A stretch of 64,000 nt of DNA, from positions 557 to 64,556 of IMG/VR virus record IMGVR_UViG_3300037249_000354. One strand, written 5' to 3'. Positions 19,731 to 28,932 of this stretch are shown in pieces (position 1 is the stretch's first letter; each line of letters begins with the position of its first letter). The translations under genes were made by a program, and so were the position numbers. The stretch comes from a virus (Duplodnaviria > Caudoviricetes). Below the pieces are notes generated by a model, which saw nothing but the letters and a program-made list of their open reading frames with translations, was not told the origin of the DNA and did no database searches.

Positions 19731-19887
19731 CTGCCTTGCCCTCCAATGCTTCAATCCGCTTTTCCAATTCTGCAACTTGTTCCCTCAATAACACAATCTC
19801 GGTAACACACCTTACGATTGCCGATACCACTACTCCATTGCTTGCCTTTCTCAGTTTTTCTTCAAAGCTCTTGTAATCTCTCTCCAT
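19723..19887 (-). CDS. small coiled-coil hypothetical protein
   Basis: Read by eye: MERDYKSFEEKLRK...LEGKADE (54 aa); abuts the TerL stop. Confidence 0.55.
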   Translation of the reverse strand: MERDYKSFEEKLRKASNGVVVSAIVRCVTEIVLLREQVAELEKRIEALEGKADE

Positions 19888-19888
19888 G

Positions 19889-22800
19889 TCATGCTCTACC
19901 TTCCTGCATACGCTTCATCCACTCAATGTAGCTATTCACAGAACCATCACCTGTAATCATTTTGCCAAACTCCACCAAGGCTTCAACGCCATCATCGTGC
20001 TTGTTCTTGCCATCCTTGGTAAAACCCATCACAGCCTTGTAGAACTCAGGCCACTTCTTATCCCATTTTTCTGGGAAGTACACATGGTTGATAACAAACG
20101 TAGAACCTGTGAGAATCCTCGCCATCTTGTTTTCCGTCTGGTGAAACCATGTGATATTCACCTGTTTGGTGTGATACTTCTCCCAAATCAGCTTCTCTAC
20201 GTTCCGGGCAAAGCCCTTACCGCCGTTGTTGCTCTCAATCTTTGCGTTGGTAACGCCATTTCGATAGAGCAAGTCAGCCGTGGCAGGTTCGGTAATCTGC
20301 ATATTGTCCTGAGTGAAGTAAATATCCGTGATGTAACCTTCACCATCTTTCACCTTGCCCACCACGCAAGCTAGATAATCGTCACCTTCATCAGCCGTAT
20401 CGCAGTAGGCAATGACACTCTCCGTACCTTCTGGAAGTGTATCGTAGGTTTTCAAATCGGTGAACAATCTACCTTCAACATCTAGTGGCTTTTGGTAGTA
20501 GTTCGCTTCGAAAATATTGGTGTCCATGCCCTCTCTGAGCCGTTCAAAGGCATCTTTCGGCAGGATTTCTTCGCAGTACAGTTCGCCATCATGCTCAACA
20601 GGGATAATGAGGTTCGCCCAATCCTTAGACATAGGGCTGTCAAGGATTCTGCCGCACAAATCCTTTGTGCTCCATCGTGTGAAGTTGATGATTTCGATAG
20701 AACCTTCACCTGTATGCTCTGCGCGTGACATAAGAGTGCCTGTGTACCAGTTCCATATATCATCAAGGACACGCTCGTTGTAGGCTTCTTGTGCGTTTTT
20801 TATAAGGTCGTCCAAAATTAAACAATTGTGCGTAAGTAAACTATTTCCAATAAAGTTATGATTATCAGCTATCTGCAAGTCATAGCATTTGTACTTTTCG
20901 CCACTAACTCTTTCAATGCTGATAATCCTATCGGCTTGTATTGGTGATGTATGTTCTGGTGGCAAGTTGTACATACAGTTATCAGATTGTTTGCGGAGTT
21001 GTTGTGAATATTCCCGTCTATATGGTGAACAATCAAATTCGTTCTCTCCAACTCCCTGCCTTTCCACCGATACAGCGTTTTCTTTTCTGTCTTTCCACAA
21101 ATCAGGCAATGATAACTGTCCCTGCCCATTACTTCCTTCCTTACTTTCAAGAAGATTGCTTCGTAATTGTGCCCGTCTATGAAGCGTGGATTCCCCTTCC
21201 CTGTCATTCTCAATGAATGAGCCTTGCTTGAACATTCTCTTGAGCAATAAACAGTCTTGCTGTTGTGTGGTCTGAATATCTTTCCGCACATCAGACACGT
21301 TCTGTCCGTTAATGTTCTCCTGCTTCTCCCTTCCCATTTTGACCTGCAAGTCTGAGAGCAGAACATCTTTCCTGTATGTAGCTTCTCCCCACACACAATG
21401 CAAGTTTCTCTTTTGTTTGCATCTTTCTGTGCCATATTTGCACAATCCTTTGAGCAAAACACCTTCTTGCCTGTGTTCTTTCTCATTGCCTTGTGATAAT
21501 CCTGCATTGGTTTCAGAAAGGGAGAGCCGCAATGCCCGCAAATCACCTTTATTGGCAGTTTCCTCAGTTCCATATAACAATCCCTGCAAATTATCCCTCT
21601 GCCATACTTTTCCTTCCCACAAATCACGCAGGTTTTGTTTTTCCTGCTGTGTAATGGCGTAGAAGCAATCGCCTTTTCCAAAAGTGCCAGCTTCTCTAAA
21701 CCCTCTGCCGTCAAAGAATCTGTGCTCTTTAGTACACGCAATTTCTCTACCAAACTCAGTCTTGAAGATGATGATTTCATCGCTAATAACCTCCCTTGTG
21801 GCGAGTATTCCTTTATACTCTATTATACCACTTTTGAGGTTTAATGACGGGACTAGGTAACTATCTTTATTTGAACAAATTTGTTCAATAGGCACTTCGC
21901 CTTTGTTAGTTAAAACAAGCGTTCCTTCCAACAAACAGTTTGCGCCGGAGCCGGTCAATGACCCCTCCATACCTGTGCCCATGTAGTTGAAGAACGAACC
22001 TTCCAACGCCCACTTCATAAATCCTGCATTGCCCTTGCTTATCCGACAACCTGGGAACACATCTGAGAAAACAATATCCGTAGGGATAACCTTCTGCTGC
22101 ATGATGCCATCACGCACATACCTTGATATGTTAGATGCCAAATCGGTGTTGTAGGAAACCGTGATTATGCGATTATCCTTGCTTTTGCCCAACAACCATT
22201 GCTCAAACATGGTAAGGCTTCTGGTTTTGCCTGAACGTGGTGACATATTTATCATCAGCTTCGTGTAGGGCTTGCCATCATGCAGTCTGTCCCAATCAAT
22301 GCCCTCTGCCACCCATTTCGGTATATGTGGCATGGTGCATAGTTTCCAGAAGTAATTCTTCGTCAGATGTCTCTCGTAGAGTGCTTGCAGGGTGTTACAG
22401 AGTAACCATAGATGCCATCGTTTTGCCTTGAAGAAATCCGGTGCAAGTATCTGGCAGAAGTTGAAGAAGTTCTTCCTACATTGGCGAAGCTGAATCTCCC
22501 TCTCGATGAGATACAGCCGTTCCTGCTCCTGCCTTGCCAGTTTCTTCGCTTTGGTTGCCCTTGCCGCTTCGGTTCTGCAATGACCACAAACATCATTCAG
22601 CCCATCTTTCTTGCGAAGGTTCTTTGTAAATTCTTCAACAGGTCTTTCCTGCCCGCACTTCTTGCAGACTTTTGTTGCGCCTTCTTCAATCAACTTCTCT
22701 CGCCGCCTTTCTGCTTGGTGCTTGTGATTGTTTCGGTTGGTGCGCTTGTCCATGCACGCCTTACAAGAGTGAAAATAGCCGTCCCAATTCTCCTTGCGCT

Positions 22801-22918
22801 TGTAGAACTCGCTTACAGGCTTTACGGTTGAACATTCACGGCACACCTTGTACTTTGGTTCATATCCTTCACGGCGGTAGCGGTATTTTCGCTTCTCCTT
22901 TGGTTCGGTGTCAGCCAT
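19889..22918 (-). CDS. terL: terminase large subunit with intein and N-terminal Zn-finger extension
   Basis: Walker A-like INMSPRSGKT; spliced GSGAN-CLILDDLIK Walker B; C-terminal nuclease (YCDTADEGDD, KHDDGVEAL); start MADT after GAGGTG. Confidence 0.92.
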   Translation of the reverse strand: MADTEPKEKRKYRYRREGYEPKYKVCRECSTVKPVSEFYKRKENWDGYFHSCKACMDKRTNRNNHKHQAERRREKLIEEGATKVCKKCGQERPVEEFTKNLRKKDGLNDVCGHCRTEAARATKAKKLARQEQERLYLIEREIQLRQCRKNFFNFCQILAPDFFKAKRWHLWLLCNTLQALYERHLTKNYFWKLCTMPHIPKWVAEGIDWDRLHDGKPYTKLMINMSPRSGKTRSLTMFEQWLLGKSKDNRIITVSYNTDLASNISRYVRDGIMQQKVIPTDIVFSDVFPGCRISKGNAGFMKWALEGSFFNYMGTGMEGSLTGSGANCLLEGTLVLTNKGEVPIEQICSNKDSYLVPSLNLKSGIIEYKGILATREVISDEIIIFKTEFGREIACTKEHRFFDGRGFREAGTFGKGDCFYAITQQEKQNLRDLWEGKVWQRDNLQGLLYGTEETANKGDLRALRLSLSETNAGLSQGNEKEHRQEGVLLKGLCKYGTERCKQKRNLHCVWGEATYRKDVLLSDLQVKMGREKQENINGQNVSDVRKDIQTTQQQDCLLLKRMFKQGSFIENDREGESTLHRRAQLRSNLLESKEGSNGQGQLSLPDLWKDRKENAVSVERQGVGENEFDCSPYRREYSQQLRKQSDNCMYNLPPEHTSPIQADRIISIERVSGEKYKCYDLQIADNHNFIGNSLLTHNCLILDDLIKNAQEAYNERVLDDIWNWYTGTLMSRAEHTGEGSIEIINFTRWSTKDLCGRILDSPMSKDWANLIIPVEHDGELYCEEILPKDAFERLREGMDTNIFEANYYQKPLDVEGRLFTDLKTYDTLPEGTESVIAYCDTADEGDDYLACVVGKVKDGEGYITDIYFTQDNMQITEPATADLLYRNGVTNAKIESNNGGKGFARNVEKLIWEKYHTKQVNITWFHQTENKMARILTGSTFVINHVYFPEKWDKKWPEFYKAVMGFTKDGKNKHDDGVEALVEFGKMITGDGSVNSYIEWMKRMQEGRA
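20825..21937 (-). mobile_element. intein in TerL (371 aa)
   Basis: Block A CLLEGTLVLT, block B GREIACTKEHRFF, block F YKCYDLQIADNHNF, block G LLTHN followed by +1 Cys; removal restores GSGAN|CLILDD. Confidence 0.93.
20869..21780 (-). CDS. Zn-finger-repeat HNH endonuclease nested in the +1 frame inside the intein
   Basis: 303 aa; several CxxC and CSxxC units; CLICGK...VHHIDGNIHNNSANNLITVCTTCHQNIH HNH motif; GGGAGGT Shine-Dalgarno (21795-21789) 8 nt before the ATG. Confidence 0.85.
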   Translation of the reverse strand: MKSSSSRLSLVEKLRVLKSTDSLTAEGLEKLALLEKAIASTPLHSRKNKTCVICGKEKYGRGIICRDCYMELRKLPIKVICGHCGSPFLKPMQDYHKAMRKNTGKKVFCSKDCANMAQKDANKRETCIVCGEKLHTGKMFCSQTCRSKWEGRSRRTLTDRTCLMCGKIFRPHNSKTVYCSRECSSKAHSLRMTGKGNPRFIDGHNYEAIFLKVRKEVMGRDSYHCLICGKTEKKTLYRWKGRELERTNLIVHHIDGNIHNNSANNLITVCTTCHQNIHHQYKPIGLSALKELVAKSTNAMTCR

Positions 22919-23228
22919 CACTAGCCACCTCTGCAATCCTCCGCATAACAAACGAGGCGCATGGTTTCGCCATGCCGTTACCCAGTGCCTTGTACCGCTT
23001 GCTATCCGGAGCGGGTTTACCCTTGTATTCTATGTCGGTATATCCGTCTGGAAGTCCTTGAAGTCTCTCGCACTCCAACGGGGTCAATCTCCGCACCGTC
23101 TTAACCGTATCATTGGCAATCGGCGGCTGTTTGTAGTCATTCGCCATTAAGCTATCAGCCTTTTCACACGGATATGTGCTTGCCCTCTGGTCATACCCCA
23201 TCGAGTAGCAATGTCCTTTTTCAATCAT
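22911..23228 (-). CDS. C5-cytosine DNA methyltransferase, C-terminal part (motifs IX-X)
   Basis: RRLTPLECERLQGLPDGYT and RYKALGNGMA. Confidence 0.85.
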   Translation of the reverse strand: MIEKGHCYSMGYDQRASTYPCEKADSLMANDYKQPPIANDTVKTVRRLTPLECERLQGLPDGYTDIEYKGKPAPDSKRYKALGNGMAKPCASFVMRRIAEVASDG

Positions 23229-23311
23229 CAATTACCAACTTCCCTTCATCCACATACTGAGAACCTACTCCCTTGTAATCTCTTGCGTTCAAGCATCCGA
23301 CTTTTCGCTGA

Positions 23312-24754
23312 TTACAAAGGTTTCGCTGCCCCCCCCCCGGCTGTACCACCTTCCGCTCTGAGTGTACCTGCAACTTTATCTTCAGAATAACTCTGGAATC
23401 CGCTTGCTCGATACCCTACGATTGCCACACCGCCTTGATTCTTGCTAGGGTCTGGTGTGGTTGTATCAAGGCATTTAGACACCTCAACTTCTCTGCACCC
23501 ACTATGAGGGTTGCTAGACTGCATAGCATTGCTTGCCAGAGAATCAAAGGCATACGCTTTGACTATTGGCACATGACCGTGGCTCTCTGCTCTGAGAGTG
23601 CCAGCCTTATCCGATACATCCATCACGCTACCGCCTTGGTCATTGAGGCATATTGCAGGTGCATTATCCCCAGGATTCGCCCTAAGAGTAGGTGCTGTGC
23701 CTTTGTAGACATGACCACCATCACGGCTTGCTATTCCTGGTTCAAACACTATCGGCGTATTGTTACCGCCAGTCCCTGCCCTTGCCTTGAGTGTTTGTGT
23801 TTTGTTGCCATGTATCTCACGCACCACTTCATCGTGGTGAGTAAGGTCATAGATTGCCACATTCTGAGAGGTTTCAAGTGTTGGTGCTTGCTCATCCGCA
23901 TAGCCTATGCTCCTTGCTTTGGCTCCGTTGCGATACTTGAAGCCCCCTGTGAACACCGTCTGTGTGTTCTGCGTAGAGAGTGCCAGCGACAGTTCGTCTT
24001 TGACTAGAGGGCCTTTACCTCCACCGGGCTTTCCTGCTCGCATTGTGAGGGTTGCAACCCTGCCTGTGCTTTCAACGCCTGCTCTAGCATCGGTGGCAGT
24101 ACCTTCCCTCTCTCCTTCGCTCTCCGCAAAATGCCCATGCAAGCCCTCTGGCTCAAATAGTATTTCTCCGGCGGTGAATCCTCCAAAATCTGCGACAAGA
24201 AAGATTCGTTTTCTTCGTTGGGGGACTCCCCAATATTGAGCATCGAGTGTCCTCCACGCAAGCGAACTTGTACCCCCCCATTCCACATATCCTGCTGATG
24301 CCCACTTGTTATCTTTAGGCATTGGAATTTCGGTCTGGCTGATTTCTTCGAGGACTGCTCTAAAATCATGTCCTTTATTACTACTAAAGGCTCCTGGTAC
24401 ATTCTCCCACACAAAGAATCGTGGTTTTCCTGTTCTCCGTCTAAGTTCGTGAACAAGTCTAATTGCTGTCCTAAATAGCCCACTTCTCTCACCCTCCAAA
24501 CCTGCTCTTTTACCTGCCACAGACAAATCTTGGCATGGACTGCCCGCACAAATTATGTCAACAGGCTCTAAATCCTCAACCCTTATCTTCGTAATATCGC
24601 CCAACTGCTTCACTTCTGGGAAGTGATGGGCAGTTACCGCAGCAGGGAAATCATCAATCTCAGAAGCCCAAACAGGCTTTATGCCATATTCTTTTGCAGA
24701 TAGCAACCAACCGCCAATTCCATCGAAAAGAGAACCTAACGTAAGTTCAGCCAT
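23312..24754 (-). CDS. C5-cytosine DNA methyltransferase, N-terminal part (motifs I-VIII plus TRD repeats)
   Basis: LGSLFDGIGG, CAGSPCQDLS, WENVPG, PQRRKRIF; repeated xTLxA...GG target-recognition segments; ends just after a G10 tract. Confidence 0.9.
   Translation of the reverse strand: MAELTLGSLFDGIGGWLLSAKEYGIKPVWASEIDDFPAAVTAHHFPEVKQLGDITKIRVEDLEPVDIICAGSPCQDLSVAGKRAGLEGERSGLFRTAIRLVHELRRRTGKPRFFVWENVPGAFSSNKGHDFRAVLEEISQTEIPMPKDNKWASAGYVEWGGTSSLAWRTLDAQYWGVPQRRKRIFLVADFGGFTAGEILFEPEGLHGHFAESEGEREGTATDARAGVESTGRVATLTMRAGKPGGGKGPLVKDELSLALSTQNTQTVFTGGFKYRNGAKARSIGYADEQAPTLETSQNVAIYDLTHHDEVVREIHGNKTQTLKARAGTGGNNTPIVFEPGIASRDGGHVYKGTAPTLRANPGDNAPAICLNDQGGSVMDVSDKAGTLRAESHGHVPIVKAYAFDSLASNAMQSSNPHSGCREVEVSKCLDTTTPDPSKNQGGVAIVGYRASGFQSYSEDKVAGTLRAEGGTAGGGAAKPL
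23329..23338 (-). repeat. G10 homopolymer at the methyltransferase split
   Basis: Ten consecutive C on the plus strand, 14 nt before the stop of 23312-24754. Confidence 0.95.
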
Positions 24755-25277
24755 GGAGCAATTCCTCCCTCACCGCATAATACAGCCTATGATATATCCA
24801 GTTCCCTGCCAATTCCTTCTCCACAAAGTTCACATCAAGCCCATATCTGGCTGAGAAGGTGGCAAGCGTAGCTACAAACGATTTCGGTTCGTACTTTGAG
24901 TGATAATTGCCACGCACCAAATCGCCGTAGGTGGCATTTTCAACCATGAGTGCAATATTTGTGCCTTTTGCCCTCAGAAGTTCACTCTCGAAGCGTGTTC
25001 TGCCGATTGTGAGATTGCCAGCCAGTTCGTCAAGTGAGCCTTTGCGCTCAATGAGGATAGAATCTGTGAAGAAAATAGGGCGCATGATGCCTAAATCCTC
25101 ATTTTTTGGCAGATAGCAAGAGTAATCAGCACTAGATAACGCTTTTTTCTCATATTTCACGTTCTTTTTGTCGAAGTAGCTGAGAAGATGAAGATTTTCT
25201 TGCTCTCTAGTGTCCACCAGCACCACCATCGAGGCCAAAAGTTGCTTGATTTCCTTGTCGGTGAAGCGAAAACGCAT
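24747..25277 (-). CDS. ERCC4-domain nuclease
   Basis: VLVDTREQ, ADYS and LIERKGSLDEL motifs. Confidence 0.88.
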   Translation of the reverse strand: MRFRFTDKEIKQLLASMVVLVDTREQENLHLLSYFDKKNVKYEKKALSSADYSCYLPKNEDLGIMRPIFFTDSILIERKGSLDELAGNLTIGRTRFESELLRAKGTNIALMVENATYGDLVRGNYHSKYEPKSFVATLATFSARYGLDVNFVEKELAGNWIYHRLYYAVREELLHG

Positions 25278-25666
25278 CAAATATCACCCCATGTCCTGAA
25301 TCGTGGCCTGTGTTTCGGATATTCACGCCGTTCAATCACATCACCAACGTAATCCGGGCTGAAAGGATTGTATTTACCCACTTCCAGAAGCCTATCACGC
25401 ACTGGATTGCCATTAGGCTTACTCCATTCAATCTTCTTTCGCTCAAGGCGTTGCGCCCTACGGACAGTCTCAATCATCAACCCAATAACCGATAGCTTCT
25501 TTTTCATGTGAAGAATGGTGGCAACGTGTTCATCAAGTGCCTTTATAATGAATGAACGCTTGAAATTTTCGCTTCTAAGGATTTTGAGTGCTCTAATTGT
25601 TTCCTCTGGCGTAGCGTGAAGCACCTCTGGTATCTCTTTAAGCCTTTCAATATCGCTTTTTCTCAT
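25277..25666 (-). CDS. hypothetical protein
   Basis: Open frame overlapping both neighbours; start MRKSD inferred. Confidence 0.55.
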   Translation of the reverse strand: MRKSDIERLKEIPEVLHATPEETIRALKILRSENFKRSFIIKALDEHVATILHMKKKLSVIGLMIETVRRAQRLERKKIEWSKPNGNPVRDRLLEVGKYNPFSPDYVGDVIERREYPKHRPRFRTWGDI

Positions 25667-26267
25667 GTGGCATCTCCCCAAAATGTGTTTCAGTCTCCCA
25701 AGTCTTGCCACGAACAAAGTAATCTCTGTCTAAGAAGTAACCTTCTTTCTTTTTCTTGAGAATCTTGTTCGCAATCAAATCATCTACGATTACTCTCGCC
25801 TGTCTCTCTTTCTTGCCTATGGCTTTGGCAATATCAGAAAGTGTCATACTGGCAGTTCCGTTATGGCTGTCATTCTCCCAACCCTTGCAAATTCTGCCAG
25901 TTCTCATTTCTATGTAGCTTGCCAAATCAAGAAGCGCGGCTTTTTGCGCCACTACATTGCCCACACAATCCTCAGAGTTGAACTTCTCTCGCATTTTCTT
26001 GGCAAAGAACATCACGAAAGGCACTTCTCCTGCTGTTTGATTATTGTTGCCCTCTTTCTTTCGCCTCTGCTGGCTTACTTCAGATACAGGCGCACCATGC
26101 TTCACCCTTTTCATTATGTCCACATCCTCAATGTTGATGTGAATCACGTCATAGCCGTTTTTCCCAGGCTCTCTTGAGATTACCACCGTCACGCCTTTCA
26201 GCATGATTATGGTTTTCCTCCCATTGTCGAACTCTTTAATTAAAAATTCTGCTTGACTTTTTGGCAT
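25647..26267 (-). CDS. winged-HTH DNA-binding protein (RepL-like C-terminus)
   Basis: MTLSDIAKAIGKKERQARVIVDDLIANKILKK...YFLDRDYFVRG. Confidence 0.55.
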   Translation of the reverse strand: MPKSQAEFLIKEFDNGRKTIIMLKGVTVVISREPGKNGYDVIHINIEDVDIMKRVKHGAPVSEVSQQRRKKEGNNNQTAGEVPFVMFFAKKMREKFNSEDCVGNVVAQKAALLDLASYIEMRTGRICKGWENDSHNGTASMTLSDIAKAIGKKERQARVIVDDLIANKILKKKKEGYFLDRDYFVRGKTWETETHFGEMPHEKKRY

Positions 26268-26822
26268 AGCTTGTTCCTTTACTTAATTTTGTCCACTCCA
26301 ATAATACAGTTGTGTTAGTTGACAATAGCAATTTGTGCACTCTACTGCACTTTTTGAAATGCCACTCAGCCCTTATGGGAGTAAGGCGCATCGGCATTTC
26401 GCTCGCGAATCGCATATATATACGTTACGGTAAATCTGTTTCAGTTTTTCCCTCACCGTCACTTTTCTAATCTTTCCCATGAACCCTCAGAACTCAAAAT
26501 TTTTTCAGAATCAGCCTTTCAGCTTTTTGCTTTCTTGTTGTCCAGAAGGTAGGGAGTGGGTGCCTACGGCGGTTAGGTCATAGGCATTGCCCTTACCTTT
26601 GAAAAGGTTTTTTACACGGATATTTTTGTTGGCTTGTTGCCCGCGCCGTTTTTTCTCGCCTGATTCTAATTGACGGCAGTGGGCTGGCCTGCCTGTCTCC
26701 TGCTGTGCCCAGGCTTCCTGCCAGTGCTAGGCAAGTCCTGTGCCAGCTATGCCCTATCTAGTAAGCCATGCTATGTATACTTTAACTGTGCTGTACTATC
26801 CAACAACACAGTAAAACCATTA

Positions 26823-27290
26823 TCAGTCAATGCCTGGCGGCTCCGGCGTAATGTCGATAATGTCACTTGTGCTGTTGAGTATTCGCCTGCGCTCCTGCTC
26901 TAGTTGCTCATCTGATAACTGATTAACTATTGTTATCTGCTGTTGTGGTGCTTCTTGTAGGTCTCCATTCAAGCGAAAAACTAGCTCTGCCATCTGTGCA
27001 GATCTGCTTGCTTTCTTGGTCATATTAAATAGTAAAGTTGCCAACTCCGTTCCGTCCATGCCTTTACCTTCAACAATCCCCGCCGTCTCCTTATCTGTGC
27101 TATCGCTAGATAATAACGCTTGCAATACTTCTTTAGCCGTCTGACGTTGTTTCTTCTTTCGTGCCTTTACTTCGTTGCCTTTTGCTCCTAGTGCTTGCAA
27201 TTCTGCCTTGCTCATCCTTGCAAACCTGCCGCCCTTGCCTGACGGATTCCCATTTTTTAGAAGTCTAACAGGTCTTTCTTTCTCCTCCAT
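26823..27290 (-). CDS. terS: terminase small subunit (putative)
   Basis: Basic N-terminus (ELQALGAKG...RKKKQ), C-terminal ITIVNQLSDEQL and IIDITPE patterns typical of TerS. Confidence 0.6.
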   Translation of the reverse strand: MEEKERPVRLLKNGNPSGKGGRFARMSKAELQALGAKGNEVKARKKKQRQTAKEVLQALLSSDSTDKETAGIVEGKGMDGTELATLLFNMTKKASRSAQMAELVFRLNGDLQEAPQQQITIVNQLSDEQLEQERRRILNSTSDIIDITPEPPGID

Positions 27291-27373
27291 TGCAGATTCC
27301 TCCTTACGCTCTCAATCTATGGTTAAATTGTAATAAAAAAAGCACTCTCCGAAAAGGTGCGGAGAGCACAAAG

Positions 27374-27400
27374 AAAAAGCAGGGATTTTTAGTCCCTGCT
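27374..27400 (-). terminator. terminator closing the early accessory operon
   Basis: AGCAGGGA/TCCCTGCT stem followed by T-run on the minus strand. Confidence 0.8.
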
Positions 27401-27414
27401 AGATGGTAGTTATA

Positions 27415-28083
27415 TTACTCTTTTAGAAGTGGCGCAAGATAGTACGCCATAAGTCGCAAAGCATCCGGCGCGGTCTCCGGCAGTCCTGCTCTTGCAAGCT
27501 CCTGCTTTAGTCTTTCGGCCTCCCTCTCTGTGTATATCTCATCACTCTGTAAAATCTGCAAGATGTTGGCAGCGGCCTGCTTGACTTCTGATACGTATTT
27601 GCCATACTCCTCAAGCAGGTTTTTATGTTCTTGCTTGAGATCTAAATACCTAGCGTTTATTTTGTCGGCGGCTCTCACCTGCTGATCACTCTGCCTGCTT
27701 TGCAGTAGCTTCAGTGAGTTGCTATAATCCTCTGCTAGTCTGCTTTTTATCTCATCCAGGGCTTGCTGAAAGTCGCGCCCTTGGTACTCGCCCCAGTAGT
27801 CACACCGACAGATACAGGCTCCCCTTCTGTTGTTCTCTTTTAATGCCATGTAATACATTTCACGGGCAGCCGCTTCACTATCAAAGCTGTTATAGTTATC
27901 ATAGATTACTTTATTGTAATCTGTATCTATTAAATAACAGTGTACTGTCCATTTTATACAATCTGCATTGAGTACCTTTCCGGCGTGGCAGGTCATTGGT
28001 GGAACGTCTTTCACATCTGGCGCTACTTCCTGCGGCTTCGGCTTTGCTGTATACGGCTGAAACAACTTGTCAAATAATCCCAT
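27415..28083 (-). CDS. hypothetical protein (coiled-coil C-terminus)
   Basis: 222-aa ORF, AAGGGAGG RBS. Confidence 0.7.
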   Translation of the reverse strand: MGLFDKLFQPYTAKPKPQEVAPDVKDVPPMTCHAGKVLNADCIKWTVHCYLIDTDYNKVIYDNYNSFDSEAAAREMYYMALKENNRRGACICRCDYWGEYQGRDFQQALDEIKSRLAEDYSNSLKLLQSRQSDQQVRAADKINARYLDLKQEHKNLLEEYGKYVSEVKQAAANILQILQSDEIYTEREAERLKQELARAGLPETAPDALRLMAYYLAPLLKE

Positions 28084-28158
28084 TTTGTGCAGTCCTCCCT
28101 TTTCTAGCTTGCTATATATTCGCGGCTGGCAGAGGATTTTCCTGCCAGTCGCTTAAAA

Positions 28159-28725
28159 TTATGCTATCTTTCCATATTCATCAAATTCATAACTATTAGC
28201 TTCACACATATCTTTGGCGTATTCGTCACTGTGTAGCCATTCTTCTGCCTTGCTAAATTCCTTTGAGATATTCCCCGACAAGATGATAAAAAAATCCTCT
28301 ACATCCTGCTTTACGTTATGCTTCCTAAAATCTTTCTGCCACTCCTGCCAGCTATCCCATAAGATATTATCTGACCATGCTCCTGTAAAATTGCAATCAT
28401 AAACATATTGTAAACGGCTATACATTGGTTGGCCTTGCTTTTCGCCCCATCTTAAAAATTTAGCTTTCCGGTTTGGATAGATATAATTGTTAAATATGTA
28501 TTTATATGCTCTTACTCCTGTAACATTCTCATAATCTGCGCTAATATCGTCCCATGTTCTTCCTGCGCTTGCGCCAATAGCTTGCAAAATTGCCTTTACG
28601 CTGTCAATTATCTCATCATAGTAATATTGTCCATCTTCTGCCAGCCACCTTCTAACTTCTTCCTGCGCCTGGTCATCCAGTTCCTCATATTTGTACACAT
28701 TTTTATAAATTGTTATAGTCCTCAT
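28159..28725 (-). CDS. hypothetical early protein
   Basis: 188 aa; MRTITIYKNVYKYEELDDQAQEEVR...CEANSYEFDEYGKI; GGGAGGA RBS. Confidence 0.75.
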   Translation of the reverse strand: MRTITIYKNVYKYEELDDQAQEEVRRWLAEDGQYYYDEIIDSVKAILQAIGASAGRTWDDISADYENVTGVRAYKYIFNNYIYPNRKAKFLRWGEKQGQPMYSRLQYVYDCNFTGAWSDNILWDSWQEWQKDFRKHNVKQDVEDFFIILSGNISKEFSKAEEWLHSDEYAKDMCEANSYEFDEYGKIA

Positions 28726-28932
28726 TTTTACGTCCTCCCTTATACCTTCTCATAACTCATAGCAAAAGGCAATTCATTTGTTTCTTTGTAGTTCAAAAGA
28801 TTTATATATTCTTCTGTCTCATTCGCCATAAAAAATATTATCTCATGCTTACATCCGGGATTGACCAAATAATTTTCAAATTCTCCCTTGTCTTTTCCAT
28901 CAATGTACAATCTGGGCATTATAATTACCTCC

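Noticed and set aside
20825-21937. Group I intron in terL
   Set aside because: The terminase frame is open throughout and canonical intein blocks with Cys1/His-Asn/Cys+1 are present.
24004-24549. 181-aa alternative-frame ORF inside the methyltransferase
   Set aside because: No recognisable domain and no clear RBS, unlike the nested HNH; treated as a shadow frame, although not formally excluded.
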